Notes: generated by a model from the letters alone, not told the origin. A DNA stretch of 62,672 nt, filler included, from Globobulimina sp. (GCA_003354225.1; 41 parts of 41 records of this genome joined end to end with filler, not necessarily neighbours in it), one strand, 5' to 3'; positions 24,413-36,760 are shown, counted from the first letter of the whole stretch. A program made the numbers and translations.

Positions 24413-24512
24413 NNNNNNNNNNNNNNNNNNNNNNNNNNNNNNNNNNNNNNNNNNNNTTAATTAATTAANNNNNNNNNNNNNNNNNNNNNNNNNNNNNNNN
24501 NNNNNNNNNNNN

Positions 24513-25842
24513 CATCGCCAATCAAGAATTACGACCACGTTCAATCTGCAGCTGAAGCGTACGAAACAATGCTTTCCTCCGCTGCCGATAACTCGGTCGT
24601 GATTGCCAGCATTGGGCAACTAATCAATTTACGAGCGATCCTGCAAACGTCCAAACAGTTATTCGTCCAAAAAGTGCGCTCAATATATTACAATTTTGGT
24701 GGTCCCGGTGGTTATAACTTTGGTTGCAACCATTCATACATGGACGCCACAGCGCGCTCTGACTGCTATCTCACTGCGCAATATGTGGTTGAGCACATTC
24801 CCAAATCCATAAAACAAGTGTTCACATTGAATACGTTGCTATTCGACGACGGCGGAATGCGCAATTTAACTGCGATAGGCGCTCGATTCAAGCATGCGAA
24901 TGGCTGCGGACAAGGGCCGGTGAAGCAGGCTTATGCTGCATTGCAGGAAACTACTTCTTGGGATATGGTTTGTGTGTATTTGGCGGCAATGGGCGCGGAA
25001 TCGCTGTATTCTGCATTGTTTGCCGGCACTATGACGATGAATGCGAGCGATGGCTATTATGGTTCTGAATATTTTAACAGCAGCAAAGGGGCAAGAAATA
25101 ACAATCAATATCAGGCGTGGATTGATGGCAGACATGTTGGCGATGTTGCTCATATTTTGGACAATGCGCTGTGTGCTGCTCCGTGTTTGGGCCCTGATGC
25201 TGTGCAAATTGGTGCGTGTGGCGGTTATCAGATGAATGCAATGAAGCATTGCTATGAGGGGCATGGCGCAGTGGATATAGATATGGAGCATGATGGCGGC
25301 AGTATGAGTTTGTATGATTGTCAACTTTTATGTGATGAAATGGATGGCTGTACAGGTCTGTGCTGTGTGTATTGGATTAGATTTTATGTAATATGTAAAA
25401 CATAGGAGTGACAGTACGGGCATCGGATAGTGATAAAGTGGCGGGATACATAGATTGTTATTGTAGGAAGGATATCGATCTCGGACAATGTGATGTGAAT
25501 ATGTTATATGATACTTATACAAAGATGAATGTGCGGAGAATAAAAATATTTGTTAAATCTACACTTTTACAGATGATGACATTTGAGGTTGATATATATG
25601 CGGAAATATTGAATGTTAAAAATAAAATTCAAGAGCAAACAGGACAGGTTTTTCCAAGACAACACACGTTGATATTTGAAGGAGAGGAATTGAAGGATTT
25701 TCTAACTTTGTCTGATTATAATATTACAGCGGAAAGTACTTTGCATTTGGCATTTTCTGGAGTTTCGTCATTTTTGCCGTATGTTGTTGGGTTTATATGC
25801 TGTGTGGGGTCCATTTTTGTATGCAAATATATGAGAAAATAA
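24513..25842 (+). CDS. Nucleoside-hydrolase-like + Cys-rich PAN/apple-like + ubiquitin-like + C-terminal TM protein; 50-nt intron 25356-25405
   Basis: SVVIASIGQLINL and SWD..VY.A (NH-like); SLYDCQLLCDEMDGCTGVTV...CYCR (PAN-like); IKIFVKS...LIFEGEELKD..TLSDYNITAESTLHL (Ub fold); terminal TM helix. Confidence 0.6.
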
Positions 25843-26790
25843 AATGATTTGATTTACAAAACCCGAACTTAGCGTTTTTTTGATAGTGTGCAAGGATATG
25901 ATTGACATCGATCTCACATATTTTACCCTATTGACATTGGATTNNNNNNNNNNNNNNNNNNNNNNNNNNNNNNNNNNNNNNNNNNNNTTAATTAATTAAN
26001 NNNNNNNNNNNNNNNNNNNNNNNNNNNNNNNNNNNNNNNNNNNTTATTAATTATATTCAAATCAATCCATGACGTAAAGATGAATTGATCACTGTCTCTG
26101 AATGACTAGATGTAGAGAAATATATTTGCATACAAACCCCTTTAGAGATCATATACACTCCATCATAGGTTCCAAGCACTCGAACTCAAGGCGAATTCGA
26201 CCGGATAAATTCCAAAGGTCTAATGCAACATACAGACAAACCAACACACGTAAAAACATTGCCCCGATCACCAGTTTGCATCATATTTGGTGTGATCATC
26301 GAATCATTCTTGTTTCTGAATGTTACAAATCAAATAACAAATTATTACACAAGTCACAGAAGTCAACACAAGTAATACCTGCATGCTTTGAATACAGATT
26401 CTAAAGAATCTAAAATCTCATTAAAAACATATGGTTTGCAGTTCGTGCTGTAAATACTGGCTCATCTTTTTTCCACCATTCTACCTTCTCCGTCATTCTC
26501 GTCAACATACTCCCTCTCATAAGTTTGTCCTGCTCACTGACGTCGATATCATTCTTCTTTTTGGTTCTAATTTCCTTATCTAATTGGAGAGCACCTTCAA
26601 TTATCTTTGTTTTTTTGTTGATTTTCAATTTTCAACTTAGTAGTAGTAGTGAAAAAAAAAGTGAACAAAATAATAGCAATGGATTCTATGACCAACTTTG
26701 GGTTTATGGTACGTATGATATGTTGCATACAATTGATGTTACATTCAATCAAATTATCAATACATGTATATATAGCAAGAAAATGCAACA

Positions 26791-27474
26791 ATGCATCATT
26801 TTAGTGACACTGTCTTTGTATTAGATCAACAAACAATTTTTGTATCCGATTCGGATGAAGAACCAGAGGCAGAGAGCAAGAATTCAATGGATGATGGAAA
26901 TGAATCAAACGATAATGATGAATTAATTAAATTAGAAAGTGAATTAGAAAAAGCCAAACATGAATTACATGACATTGTTGATTCTCATAACGACCAAATT
27001 GATGATTTCCAATCAATGTTAGAAAACGTACAAACGCAGTCTGAATCAATTGGTGTCATAAAAGAGAAACGAAAACAACGAAGTTCTATCAAACAAATCG
27101 AAATAAACTATGAAAACGAATTGCTACAATCCCAACAAATCAAAAAGGATTCAGATAGATATAAATTAGACATTAAACTCAAAGATCAACAAATCACGCA
27201 ATTAACCCAACAAAATGAGGCACTAAAAATAAAATTATCAAAAATTGAAAACAATCATGAAATGGAGCTGGAAAAATTGAACAAAGAGTACAACCAACAA
27301 ATCGAAAGTGAAATAAATAAACGAACTGCGCAAATTTCTCAATTGAAACAGCAGAAAAATGCAGAAATAGATATATTAAACAAACAAAAAATAAATTCAC
27401 AACAGAATTTGAATGAAAATGAAAACGATAAATTAATAAATTCATTAAAATCCGAAATAAAAAAATTAGAAAAG
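26791..27474 (+). CDS. Coiled-coil protein exon, partial
   Basis: E/K/Q-rich heptad sequence open to the contig end. Confidence 0.6.
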
Positions 27475-27651
27475 NNNNNNNNNNNNNNNNNNNNNNNNNN
27501 NNNNNNNNNNNNNNNNNNTTAATTAATTAANNNNNNNNNNNNNNNNNNNNNNNNNNNNNNNNNNNNNNNNNNNNTAATCAATATATAATCGCAAATTTTT
27601 CAAATGACTTTTTGATTTTATAATGAGGTCAAGGGAGGAGTGGAATGAATA

Positions 27652-27691
27652 CTTTTAATTAATCCACGCTCCTTGCATGCAATTCACTAAG
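27652..27691 (+). promoter_or_regulatory. Conserved non-coding motif, copy 1 (also at 36492)
   Basis: CTTTTAATTAATCCACGCT identical over 19 nt, then similar for about 20 nt; lies about 75 nt upstream of ATG 27767. Confidence 0.45.
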
Positions 27692-27766
27692 TGCTTTTCG
27701 AAGTTTTAAGTATTAGTACTTAGAAAAAAGTTAGTTAGCCCTAGTCAATTCCTTTTGAAACTGAAC

Positions 27767-29005
27767 ATGACGCATATCGTCTTCGCACTTTTAGCACTAT
27801 CATCCTCGTTCAGCGTAATTTACGCCAGGCAAATTTCTTGTGCAGGTTTGTTATTTATAAGTACACACTATATACATGTACCTATCATACAAATAAATAG
27901 CCGAGGGACCACAAATATTTTTCAACATTCAATGCGACCACACCACGACGGAAAGCTATGGCGGCGCAACCTCGTATGACATATGTTGGGTGAAAATACT
28001 TTATTGCGACGAAGGAGACGACACCGAAATCAATTATCCATTAAACACGTCCTACGTCGAAGCCATAGCGCCCTATGCCGTATCGGCCAAAATTGTACTC
28101 GCTGATTTAGCAGATCCCGACTTTGATGATTACGCAATCTACGCAAAAGTGTGCGAAAACCCCGTCATTTCTTTAAATAATTTGTTAGAATTATCCAACA
28201 CCATCGACGTGACCACTTTAACCCGGATTGGGCCCTCCGATTTAGCCGATTGGTACGGTTTAAATGACGCCACTTCCCGCTTACAACAAGATGCATATTG
28301 CCATTGTCCCGAATCCGACCAACTCCTTTCTTCGCCATTCCACCCTTGCAGTGGCCATGAAAAACAGTTACAAATTTTCACCAAACAGACCTCCAACGGG
28401 GCGGTGGATGTATGTCAATGGGATCGGGACTGGAGAGACGAGTTCGGGCAGTGCAGAAATAAGGAAATTGCGCTTTATTTTGGCTTTGACGCCAATAAAG
28501 AAAGTATGTGCGATGGTGGTGGCGAAGGTGGCTTGCAAAGTGTTTTGGGGGACACGCAACGTCGGCGGCGGCGGCGTAGTCGTAGGCGTTTGCCGTATAT
28601 TAACGGCACGTATTCAGGGCCAAACGCACCATGTTTGACGTTGGAAATTACGCTGGAAACAGAAAATTTATTGCCCAGCAACAACGACCCAGACCCCGCA
28701 GCCAATATATATCTGATCGGGCAAGCCTTGGGAGGCGGCAGTAACGGCGTCATTGTCATGCCTGATATTATTGATCCAGAACTTGATGATGTATCGCAGG
28801 GAGATTTAGATCTGGAGTCTGTATGGGAGGTTGATGCAGAATGTATAGACGAGGCACAGATTCAAGACAGTTATTTTCAATCTGATACAGTGAGCCAGGA
28901 TTTGGCTGGAATTGCTACGGTGCTTCCTGACGGATTTACCCTTACTGTGCCGTATGAAACGCCAGAGAGTATTTTATATATGTTTGAAATTTCCGCGTTG
29001 CCGTT
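27767..29005 (+). CDS. Secreted acidic Cys-containing protein with a polybasic RRRRRRSRRRL processing site; 55-nt intron 27846-27900; 3' partial
   Basis: Signal peptide MTHIVFALLALSSSFSVIYA; GTTTGT...AAATAG intron links in frame to ORF 27990. Confidence 0.75.
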
Positions 29006-29431
29006 NNNNNNNNNNNNNNNNNNNNNNNNNNNNNNNNNNNNNNNNNNNNTTAATTAATTAANNNNNNNNNNNNNNNNNNNNNNNNNNNNNNNNNNNNNNN
29101 NNNNNTATATCCAATTATACCGTTGCTAAAATGCAAAATGATCCATAAAATAGTCAATCCTCCAAATGTCACATACAACCATGATTTCCAACCTGTCAGA
29201 GCGCCAAACCTGTTGACAACTTGAGATATCAGAGACGTGTTTTTTTTTCTACAGTTTTTCACTTATTATCGAGATGGATCTTTTCAACGTTTGATTTCAT
29301 GATTTAATCGCACGAAGAACGTACGAAACATACAAAAATTACACACAATTGTATAAAAAAAACACAACATTTTGATGTAAACTATAAATTAATAGAATAA
29401 TAATATGATAATAATAGAATAATACTTAGAT

Positions 29432-30465
29432 TTAATTTAAAGGATGAAAAAATACTCTATGATATTTATCGACAATATCCCTTTCCACATCAATCTCATC
29501 CTTAACGTCTTTATTATCATTATTATCCTGTCGCGCTAATATTCTTTCGATAATTCTACATTTCATAACATCACAAAACCCAAAATATGCACGAATTTCA
29601 TTCAACAATTCTCCTCTTTTTTTCTCATCAACCACTGATTTTAATGAATCACCTCCAAACGAATGACATTGCATTAAATGATTACAATCATTTATTAATT
29701 GAATCAACGAATACTCCTAATCCATTATAGAAAGCATAAGCGTGCATTTCATGTAGCAAACTCTTGACATTTCCAGCTAGTAAAAAACTTTGGAGCTTGA
29801 CTTAAGACCATGCATGTCTGAGTTGAGCATGCTTGCTTGGCCCGAGCCCCGAGTCCTACACAAAATGCACGCCAATGCATAGCAAATACCTTAAATCCAC
29901 GAGATAGATATCCGTTCATTAATTGCCCGCACGTTGCGTTCATAATTTGACCGGATTCGTTGCATAATCTATGATATAATTTCATCATAAATATCACGCG
30001 TACCAATGAACCACATCTATTCAATGATTTGCATTCCATATTGCATATTTTATTCATGGTTTCTTTATCTTTAAATTTATATCTTTTCACTAAATTAGTC
30101 CATTGAGCAACGATGGATGGATCGATATGAATGCTTGGCGCTGATTGTACGCGTCTTGGTGCTTCATTTTGTATTTGTAAATTTGCAATTTGTGCTGCAT
30201 TTAAACCATAATATTTCGATAAATAATGAGAGGGCGGTTGTAAAAAATTGTCAGAAATTGTTATTGGTCGCATATTATCATCATATAATATGGCCTCGTT
30301 TTGCTGTTGCTGCTGCTGTTGTTGTTGTGGTGCTTTTTTATTAGATGGTGGCTGTTGGCTAACACCTGGCGATTGCATAACTAATAAGGTTTCGACAGCA
30401 TTCTCTAAGTTGCCTTGACACTGCTCCATTAATACAAGACGTAATACCTCGCGGTCAACCAACAT
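29432..30465 (-). CDS. CUE-domain (ubiquitin-binding) protein with poly-Q; 173-nt intron 29717-29889
   Basis: VDREVLRLVLMEQCQGNLENAVETLL (CUE); GTATTT...GATTAG intron joins GFK to EYSLIQLINDCNHL in frame. Confidence 0.7.
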
Positions 30466-30636
30466 CACCGAGCACGGGCACGTAGCTAGATAAAGTCTGA
30501 GTCTGCACCTGTTGTGAGGCATCATCCTGACGGGGCNNNNNNNNNNNNNNNNNNNNNNNNNNNNNNNNNNNNNNNNNNNNTTAATTAATTAANNNNNNNN
30601 NNNNNNNNNNNNNNNNNNNNNNNNNNNNNNNNNNNN

Positions 30637-32067
30637 GGATTTGAGCAATTTAACCTCAACCTATCTCGGTATATGTTATCTGTTTAAATGTATATATATA
30701 ATTCAATACATATACAAACAAAATACTATGTATATAGTTTCGAGACCGAGTTATGTGGATGTCGTAGGCATGAAATATGACAGAGTTTCGGATATCATAC
30801 AAACGGCAGTGACCAAATACTTGACAACAAAAATAGATGCTGCAGCTACGTTGCATACAATTAAATGTAGGTTACAATATTTATTATACGTATCAACTAC
30901 ATTAGAATCTGTAGGCTGTGGTATTAGAATCGAGGCGGATGCCGTGCTGAAAGTGATATGTTATACGGTAACCACTATAATAATGTTAATATGCTTTGTA
31001 TTGATTGTGTTGATAGTGAGTTATAGTGACCACCCCGCCATTGCTTCTACATCGGTTACATTTAGCATATTATTATGTGTTGGTGCTATATTTATGTCGA
31101 TTGCAATCATATGTTCCGTCGTAAATTCATACGACTATCAATATTCATGTGTGGCGCAACATATCTTTTATAATTTAGGGTTTGCGCTGATGTTTGGGTC
31201 CATGTTTTGCTCTTATAAGCGGGTCAAGGATATATTCCAAGCTTCAGAGAATTGCTCGGAAACACATATTCGCGACGTACATGTGCTTAAATACACAGGA
31301 GTGGTCATATTGGGTGAACTGTTATGTTTGCTATTTTGGTTTATGTTGGATTCATATAAAACAGATAATACCTATTTACATTATCAAATGGTAATGGTCA
31401 ATGAGAGTGATTTAAGGTAAGTTAGTTATGAGATTCTTGCAATAAACTGCAATTTAAAAAGTTGCGCCATGATGTTGCAGCAAATTCAATTTTTGTTACT
31501 GCAACAACGCCGTAACTCCGCCGTTATGAAGCGTCATGCCAACCTTTTTAAAATGCCATTTTGTGCTCAAAAATTGTGATAAATACATGTCATAACTACC
31601 ATTAAGTTATTATTATCAATGTTATTTAAATTCGTTGGGATATTTGGTGATAAATATATATAATACGATATTGGTGGCATATGGTATGGTGTTAGCGTAT
31701 CAAACCAGATACATTCGATACATTGCCTTCCGGCAATCATATGTATATTCAGTGATTGCGTCCTTATTTTTCTTTACAGTGATTATTGTCCATCCGGTAT
31801 ATTTTTATTGTGTGGCATATGAGACCGGAGATACACCAAATTTACAGATTACTATCTATTGCTTATCTGCTTTATTTTTGATATTAGGAACTATTTTGTT
31901 AATATTTTCATATAAAATATATTTATTATTTAAGTTTGACGCAGAAGTATTAAGAAAGGAGTTTTTAATGCCACGCAAGAACACAAAGGATACCATACAT
32001 TCCATTATTGAATATTCAAAATCAACAAAGTTGCAAAGAGAAAGAGATAAATTAGCAAATGCATCGC
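30637..32067 (+). CDS. Class C (GABA-B-like) 7TM receptor, partial; introns 30669-30737 and 31417-31606
   Basis: HPAIASTS.TF, CVAQHIFYNLGFALMFGSMF..YKRV..IF, YGMVLAYQTRYI, IFSYKIY motifs. Confidence 0.8.
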
Positions 32068-32167
32068 NNNNNNNNNNNNNNNNNNNNNNNNNNNNNNNNN
32101 NNNNNNNNNNNTTAATTAATTAANNNNNNNNNNNNNNNNNNNNNNNNNNNNNNNNNNNNNNNNNNNN

Positions 32168-32718
32168 TTCTCCTCATTTTGGTAAATCATTACTTGGAGC
32201 AATTTGCGCAGTTTATCGGTGGCTCCGTATTGCTCAAAGAACGCCATTTCGGTCATCCATGATTCTAATAATATGATTTGCTGTCTTCGGGCCATTTCTT
32301 TATTAAATTCGGCCAAAATCTCAATCATTTCATTGATATTTTCGTCTTTGTCCAATGTCAATAATCGGTCCAACATTGTTGTTGTTTTCTTGATTAATTC
32401 CTTGCGTTTATCCGCAGATTGGGCCAAATCTTCGATTGCCAATAATATCAACATATCAATTCCCGGTGCATTTGGGTCAAATGGCACCTTCTCATCGGCG
32501 GCTTTAATGCCTTTGTTCACTGCTTTGCATCTCAATGTATTTATTTTATTTGCAGATATGCAGTTTTTCAATTTGGTGGCTTCCGCGCCCAATTTAAATA
32601 ATTCAATGTACGCAATGCGGTGCATTTCCACCTTTTTTGTTCTATATTCCGTCATTGTTGACATGTGACGGGCCACTCTCTGCATGTTATTTCCCTGCGT
32701 TTCTATGGCTTTCGCCAT
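32168..32718 (-). CDS. Hypothetical helical protein, 3' partial
   Basis: ORF of about 183 aa to the contig edge. Confidence 0.5.
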
Positions 32719-32803
32719 TATCTTTTAATATTTGTTATAATGCGATGGAAAATTATCGCTTTTTCCGTTCGTGACGTCAAGTACGTCTCAAGTTATTTGC
32801 TTA

Positions 32804-33304
32804 CTAAACTTTAAAATTTGATTGATTTTGGTTTTGCTGTCTAACCAACATTTGGATATCTTCAGGTGATATCGCTTGTTGCTGCTCCATCCGTTGATGT
32901 TGCTGCTGCTGTTGACGGGTCATAGCATTCTTGACTTCCGCCCTTATCATCCTTACTTGGTCTCTCTTGATGCCCATCATAAACACGGTCCTTTCGTATG
33001 TTGAAAGTCGTGTGTATTGCACCATTAATTGGTCACAATTGTCAATGGCACGTAATGCTGCCCAAGACATTCCTAATCGATCAACGACATCTTGTTTGTC
33101 TTGATTCCATGCATCAACATCGGATTGCAGCTGTTGCGGCTCGTTTTGCTTTTGGTCATTTGTTTGTTGCATATTTGCCGAATTAAATGACCAATTATTT
33201 GTGCGTTGCTTTTTCGCTCTTGGTCTATGTGTTTTGTGTGTAGGTGGGAGTGTGTTCGAGGTTAGTTTTCGAAAACTCCTCTTTAGACTTAGACTTTGTT
33301 TCAT
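32804..33304 (-). CDS. Hypothetical Gln-rich protein
   Basis: 166-aa ORF with ATG and stop. Confidence 0.5.
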   Translation of the reverse strand: MKQSLSLKRSFRKLTSNTLPPTHKTHRPRAKKQRTNNWSFNSANMQQTNDQKQNEPQQLQSDVDAWNQDKQDVVDRLGMSWAALRAIDNCDQLMVQYTRLSTYERTVFMMGIKRDQVRMIRAEVKNAMTRQQQQQHQRMEQQQAISPEDIQMLVRQQNQNQSNFKV

Positions 33305-33997
33305 TCCTAAAAAAATTATTTAAGATAGAAAGGAGATTTATGGATTCACAATCAAGGATCTATTACGTCATGATTATGATTTGATTATATTGATATTCAT
33401 AATCATTTGCAAGATGCTATGTATCTTCTAGATAACTGGAGTTATAACCCTTTAGTTCCATATAACTCCGAATTATGGCTGATGTTAACAATCTTGCAAT
33501 AACCACACATTCTACATGGTTATCAACTGCTGCATCACAGATATTCTTTATGGAATTATAATATTTTTTTTTCCGCTTGTAAACCCTCTCTCTATATTNN
33601 NNNNNNNNNNNNNNNNNNNNNNNNNNNNNNNNNNNNNNNNNNTTAATTAATTAANNNNNNNNNNNNNNNNNNNNNNNNNNNNNNNNNNNNNNNNNNNNCT
33701 AGGTCAACTTCGAATACTAGGTTGAAAACCACTCTAGCTAACCAAAAACTTTGCTAATCGTTGAAATGAAATGAAACTAAACTAAGCCAAAAAAGTTAAT
33801 TGTACCATTTGCGAATATAATAATTTGAATAAGCCGTTCTCCGCAGTCCGCAGAATGCCCTGCTCTTTAAAAACGGGATAAACTTTCTGTATAAAAATGT
33901 ATACAACTTATCACCCAGTGGAGGCATATTATAAATTAAAAAAACAAACATGTATGTTGCGCACATATACGTTCACCAGCTTTTATTGCAGTGTTGT

Positions 33998-35129
33998 TCA
34001 ATCATCTTTTTCCTCGTCATACAATACATCACTTGCATCATCATCATGATCACTTACAACATAATCATCATCCACAAAATCCTCATCATCCAATACATTG
34101 TCATCATCTCCTGCTTCAACGGCGTTCTCTTCTGGACCCTCTTCTTTCTTTTCTGGTGAATCCTCTTTTTCCATTGCTTGCAATAAACCGACCATTGGTA
34201 TTGCACTCCAAAATGAATTAAATTTATTCAATGTCTCTTCGTCATTCAAAGCTTTTATCACTTCCAATAATCTCTCAATAATATCATATTCACTTATTTT
34301 GTTTCGAAATTTTTCTAACACAATTAAACGCTGCGAGCCATTCGATTGTTGTAACAATGAAACAATAATACCCAACAAAGGCCATCCACCCTCTTGTCGA
34401 CATTGATATAAATCACTAGATATAGCCGTTTCTGCTAAAATATTCATCAAATTGTGTCCCAATAACTGATCAATTTGCTTTTCTGCACATGATTGCACAA
34501 AATACGTTAATGTTCCTAAATAACCTAATTCTATTGTAACATCAGCACTTATCAAAGTAGCCAATGTATCTAAAAATCCACCATCAATGATCATTCCTGC
34601 ATGTTGCGGATATTTACGCTTTAAAATGTTACCAAATATCCAATGTATAGACCTAAGCAAACAGTTCAGATCCTCCACTCGAGAGTTCCAATATCTAGGC
34701 TTAGAGAGGAATATCAGTGTGTTTCTCTTGGCTTTGACCCAAAGATTGCAAACTGACGCAACAAAGCCTTCAATTGCCATATATTTGCAACTATGGCTAT
34801 CAAACAAATTTAAATCACGATATATTCGATCTGTTATTTGAATCAATAAATCTCCATCGTTACGCTGCACCAATGTATTCACAGTGTTTGATAGCAACAA
34901 TGCTTTTGTTTCATATGAGAAATTTCGGAAATTCCTAGCGACAATGGAAAGAACCACAGGATTGGATTTGTTTCGAACCAATATTTGTTCAAATTTACGT
35001 ACCAAATATGCACTATACTCACGGAGACGAATAGGAGGAGGGAAATATCTTTGATATTGTTGACATAATTGAAGTGCATACAAATTCTTATTATCATCGT
35101 CAGCCAAAATATTTTCAATTATTACCCTT
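33998..35129 (-). CDS. ARM/HEAT-like (importin-alpha-like) repeat protein with acidic tail, 5' partial
   Basis: WIFGNI...MIIDGGFLDTLATLI; D/E-rich C-terminus. Confidence 0.55.
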
Positions 35130-35321
35130 NNNNNNNNNNNNNNNNNNNNNNNNNNNNNNNNNNNNNNNNNNNNTTAATTAATTAANNNNNNNNNNNNNNN
35201 NNNNNNNNNNNNNNNNNNNNNNNNNNNNNTTTTTAAAGGATTGTAAAGGAGTTGAAGCAGATTTTTCACATTGTAACAAATTGCAACAATGTAGGACCTA
35301 GGACCTAGGGTCAAATTTTAA

Positions 35322-36096
35322 TTACGTAATTTACCAACATTCCCTAATGCAAGACGTTGGATGGGCACAGATTTAACGAATGAGGTGATGGATAAGGACG
35401 CAAAATATAAATTATTTAAAAAACATAATAAGAAATTCTGTTATATGGCAGAGTTGCAGCTTCAAGCCACGTGTTTAGCGAAGCAATGAGGATATATTAA
35501 TGAATTACAGCGTGTCAGTGCCAGTGGCCTGAATTCAATCAATGCGAGCCTGTTATTGCATCGCCAAAAGCAATCTGAAGCAGATGGTTTGCGTATATTC
35601 TATATGCTAGAGCATATTTGTATACATTTATATTTATACAGATAAGGTCGCCGCGGCATTGAGGAGTTATCAACAGGCGCGGGTCCCTGTGCCTAGGGAG
35701 GTGGAGAAACAGGAATGAAAGGCATACAAGAAAACGAGGGAAGATATACATAATACGCATGGGCCTGGCATTGAGACGGTAAAGACAGGAATGAAGCTAT
35801 ACAGTCGACAGTTTGTGGAGGAAGTATTATTGTGTTGCAAAATGAGAGAAAAATGGAAGGAGACCCTTAAATTGCAGCTGTATGAGAGGACAACGACCGA
35901 ATGGGAACGTACCTGCAATAACGACTATACGGTCCAAAGTCACTGGTCTGGCCCGCAAGATAAACCGGGCGATACATATCTTATTAAGCATGGCCGCTAT
36001 TATGCGGTGGATATAAAATGGTCATTGCGAGCCTGTGAAGAAATTATGACGAAAAAAGGAAATAATAAATTATTGGTTAATCCATGGACTGGATGA
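35322..36096 (+). pseudogene. Spliced ORF (55-nt intron 35587-35641) with two in-frame TGA (35487, 35716)
   Basis: About 240 codons in one spliced frame, broken only by the two TGA codons. Confidence 0.5.
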
Positions 36097-36491
36097 ACGT
36101 ATTTGTTTGTATCAATATGCAATGCCCTATGTATTTGTGGCGCTTTGCGGCGCTGCCTTTGATGCACATTAGGAAATAAATAAAAATCTCGTCCATCATT
36201 TAAATGAGCCATAATTGGCGGATATAAATATTGAAGCCATATTTGCGGTTGAAATCGTGTACAGCTTTTAAATAAATTGAAATCCGATAAAATCTGTGCT
36301 AGCCAGATAAATGCTATTCTTTTATATGATCCACGAAGCCTTCTTGCTCGCTTGGCTTTCATTATCATCACTACTGCATAAATAAGTAATATCTGCGTGA
36401 CTTTGGTGAGCTTTACAATTATTGATTTCCTATGTGGAGGTTTATTTTGCAAATGGATTATAAACCATATGACGAGACAATAGAGTGAGGG

Positions 36492-36531
36492 CTTTTAATT
36501 AATCCACGCTGCTGGCAAGCAATCCTCTTAG
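36492..36531 (+). promoter_or_regulatory. Conserved non-coding motif, copy 2 (also at 27652)
   Basis: CTTTTAATTAATCCACGCTGCTGGCAAGCAATCCTCTTAG versus CTTTTAATTAATCCACGCTCCTTGCATGCAATTCACTAAG. Confidence 0.45.
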
Positions 36532-36760
36532 ACATAAGTAGACTTTAAGGATATTGATACGCCGAAAATTTCGTTTCTTTCCATAATTGTGTCCATAATA
36601 TTTAATGTTTTTGATTCGAAATCTTGTCCTAATTTATTGCTAATGCTTAAAATATTGAACNNNNNNNNNNNNNNNNNNNNNNNNNNNNNNNNNNNNNNNN
36701 NNNNTTAATTAATTAANNNNNNNNNNNNNNNNNNNNNNNNNNNNNNNNNNNNNNNNNNNN

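Noticed and set aside
26050-26628. Minus-strand frame continuing past 26410 through TAG and TGA codons as a recoded gene
   Set aside because: About 7 stops in about 105 codons is no better than chance, and no homology was recognised
29801-29824. TTAAGACCATGCATGTCTGAG resembles the 18S rRNA 5' end (TTAAGCCATGCATGTCTAAG)
   Set aside because: Only a 12-nt exact core, flanks do not continue as rRNA, and it lies inside an intron with no snoRNA boxes to support a guide role
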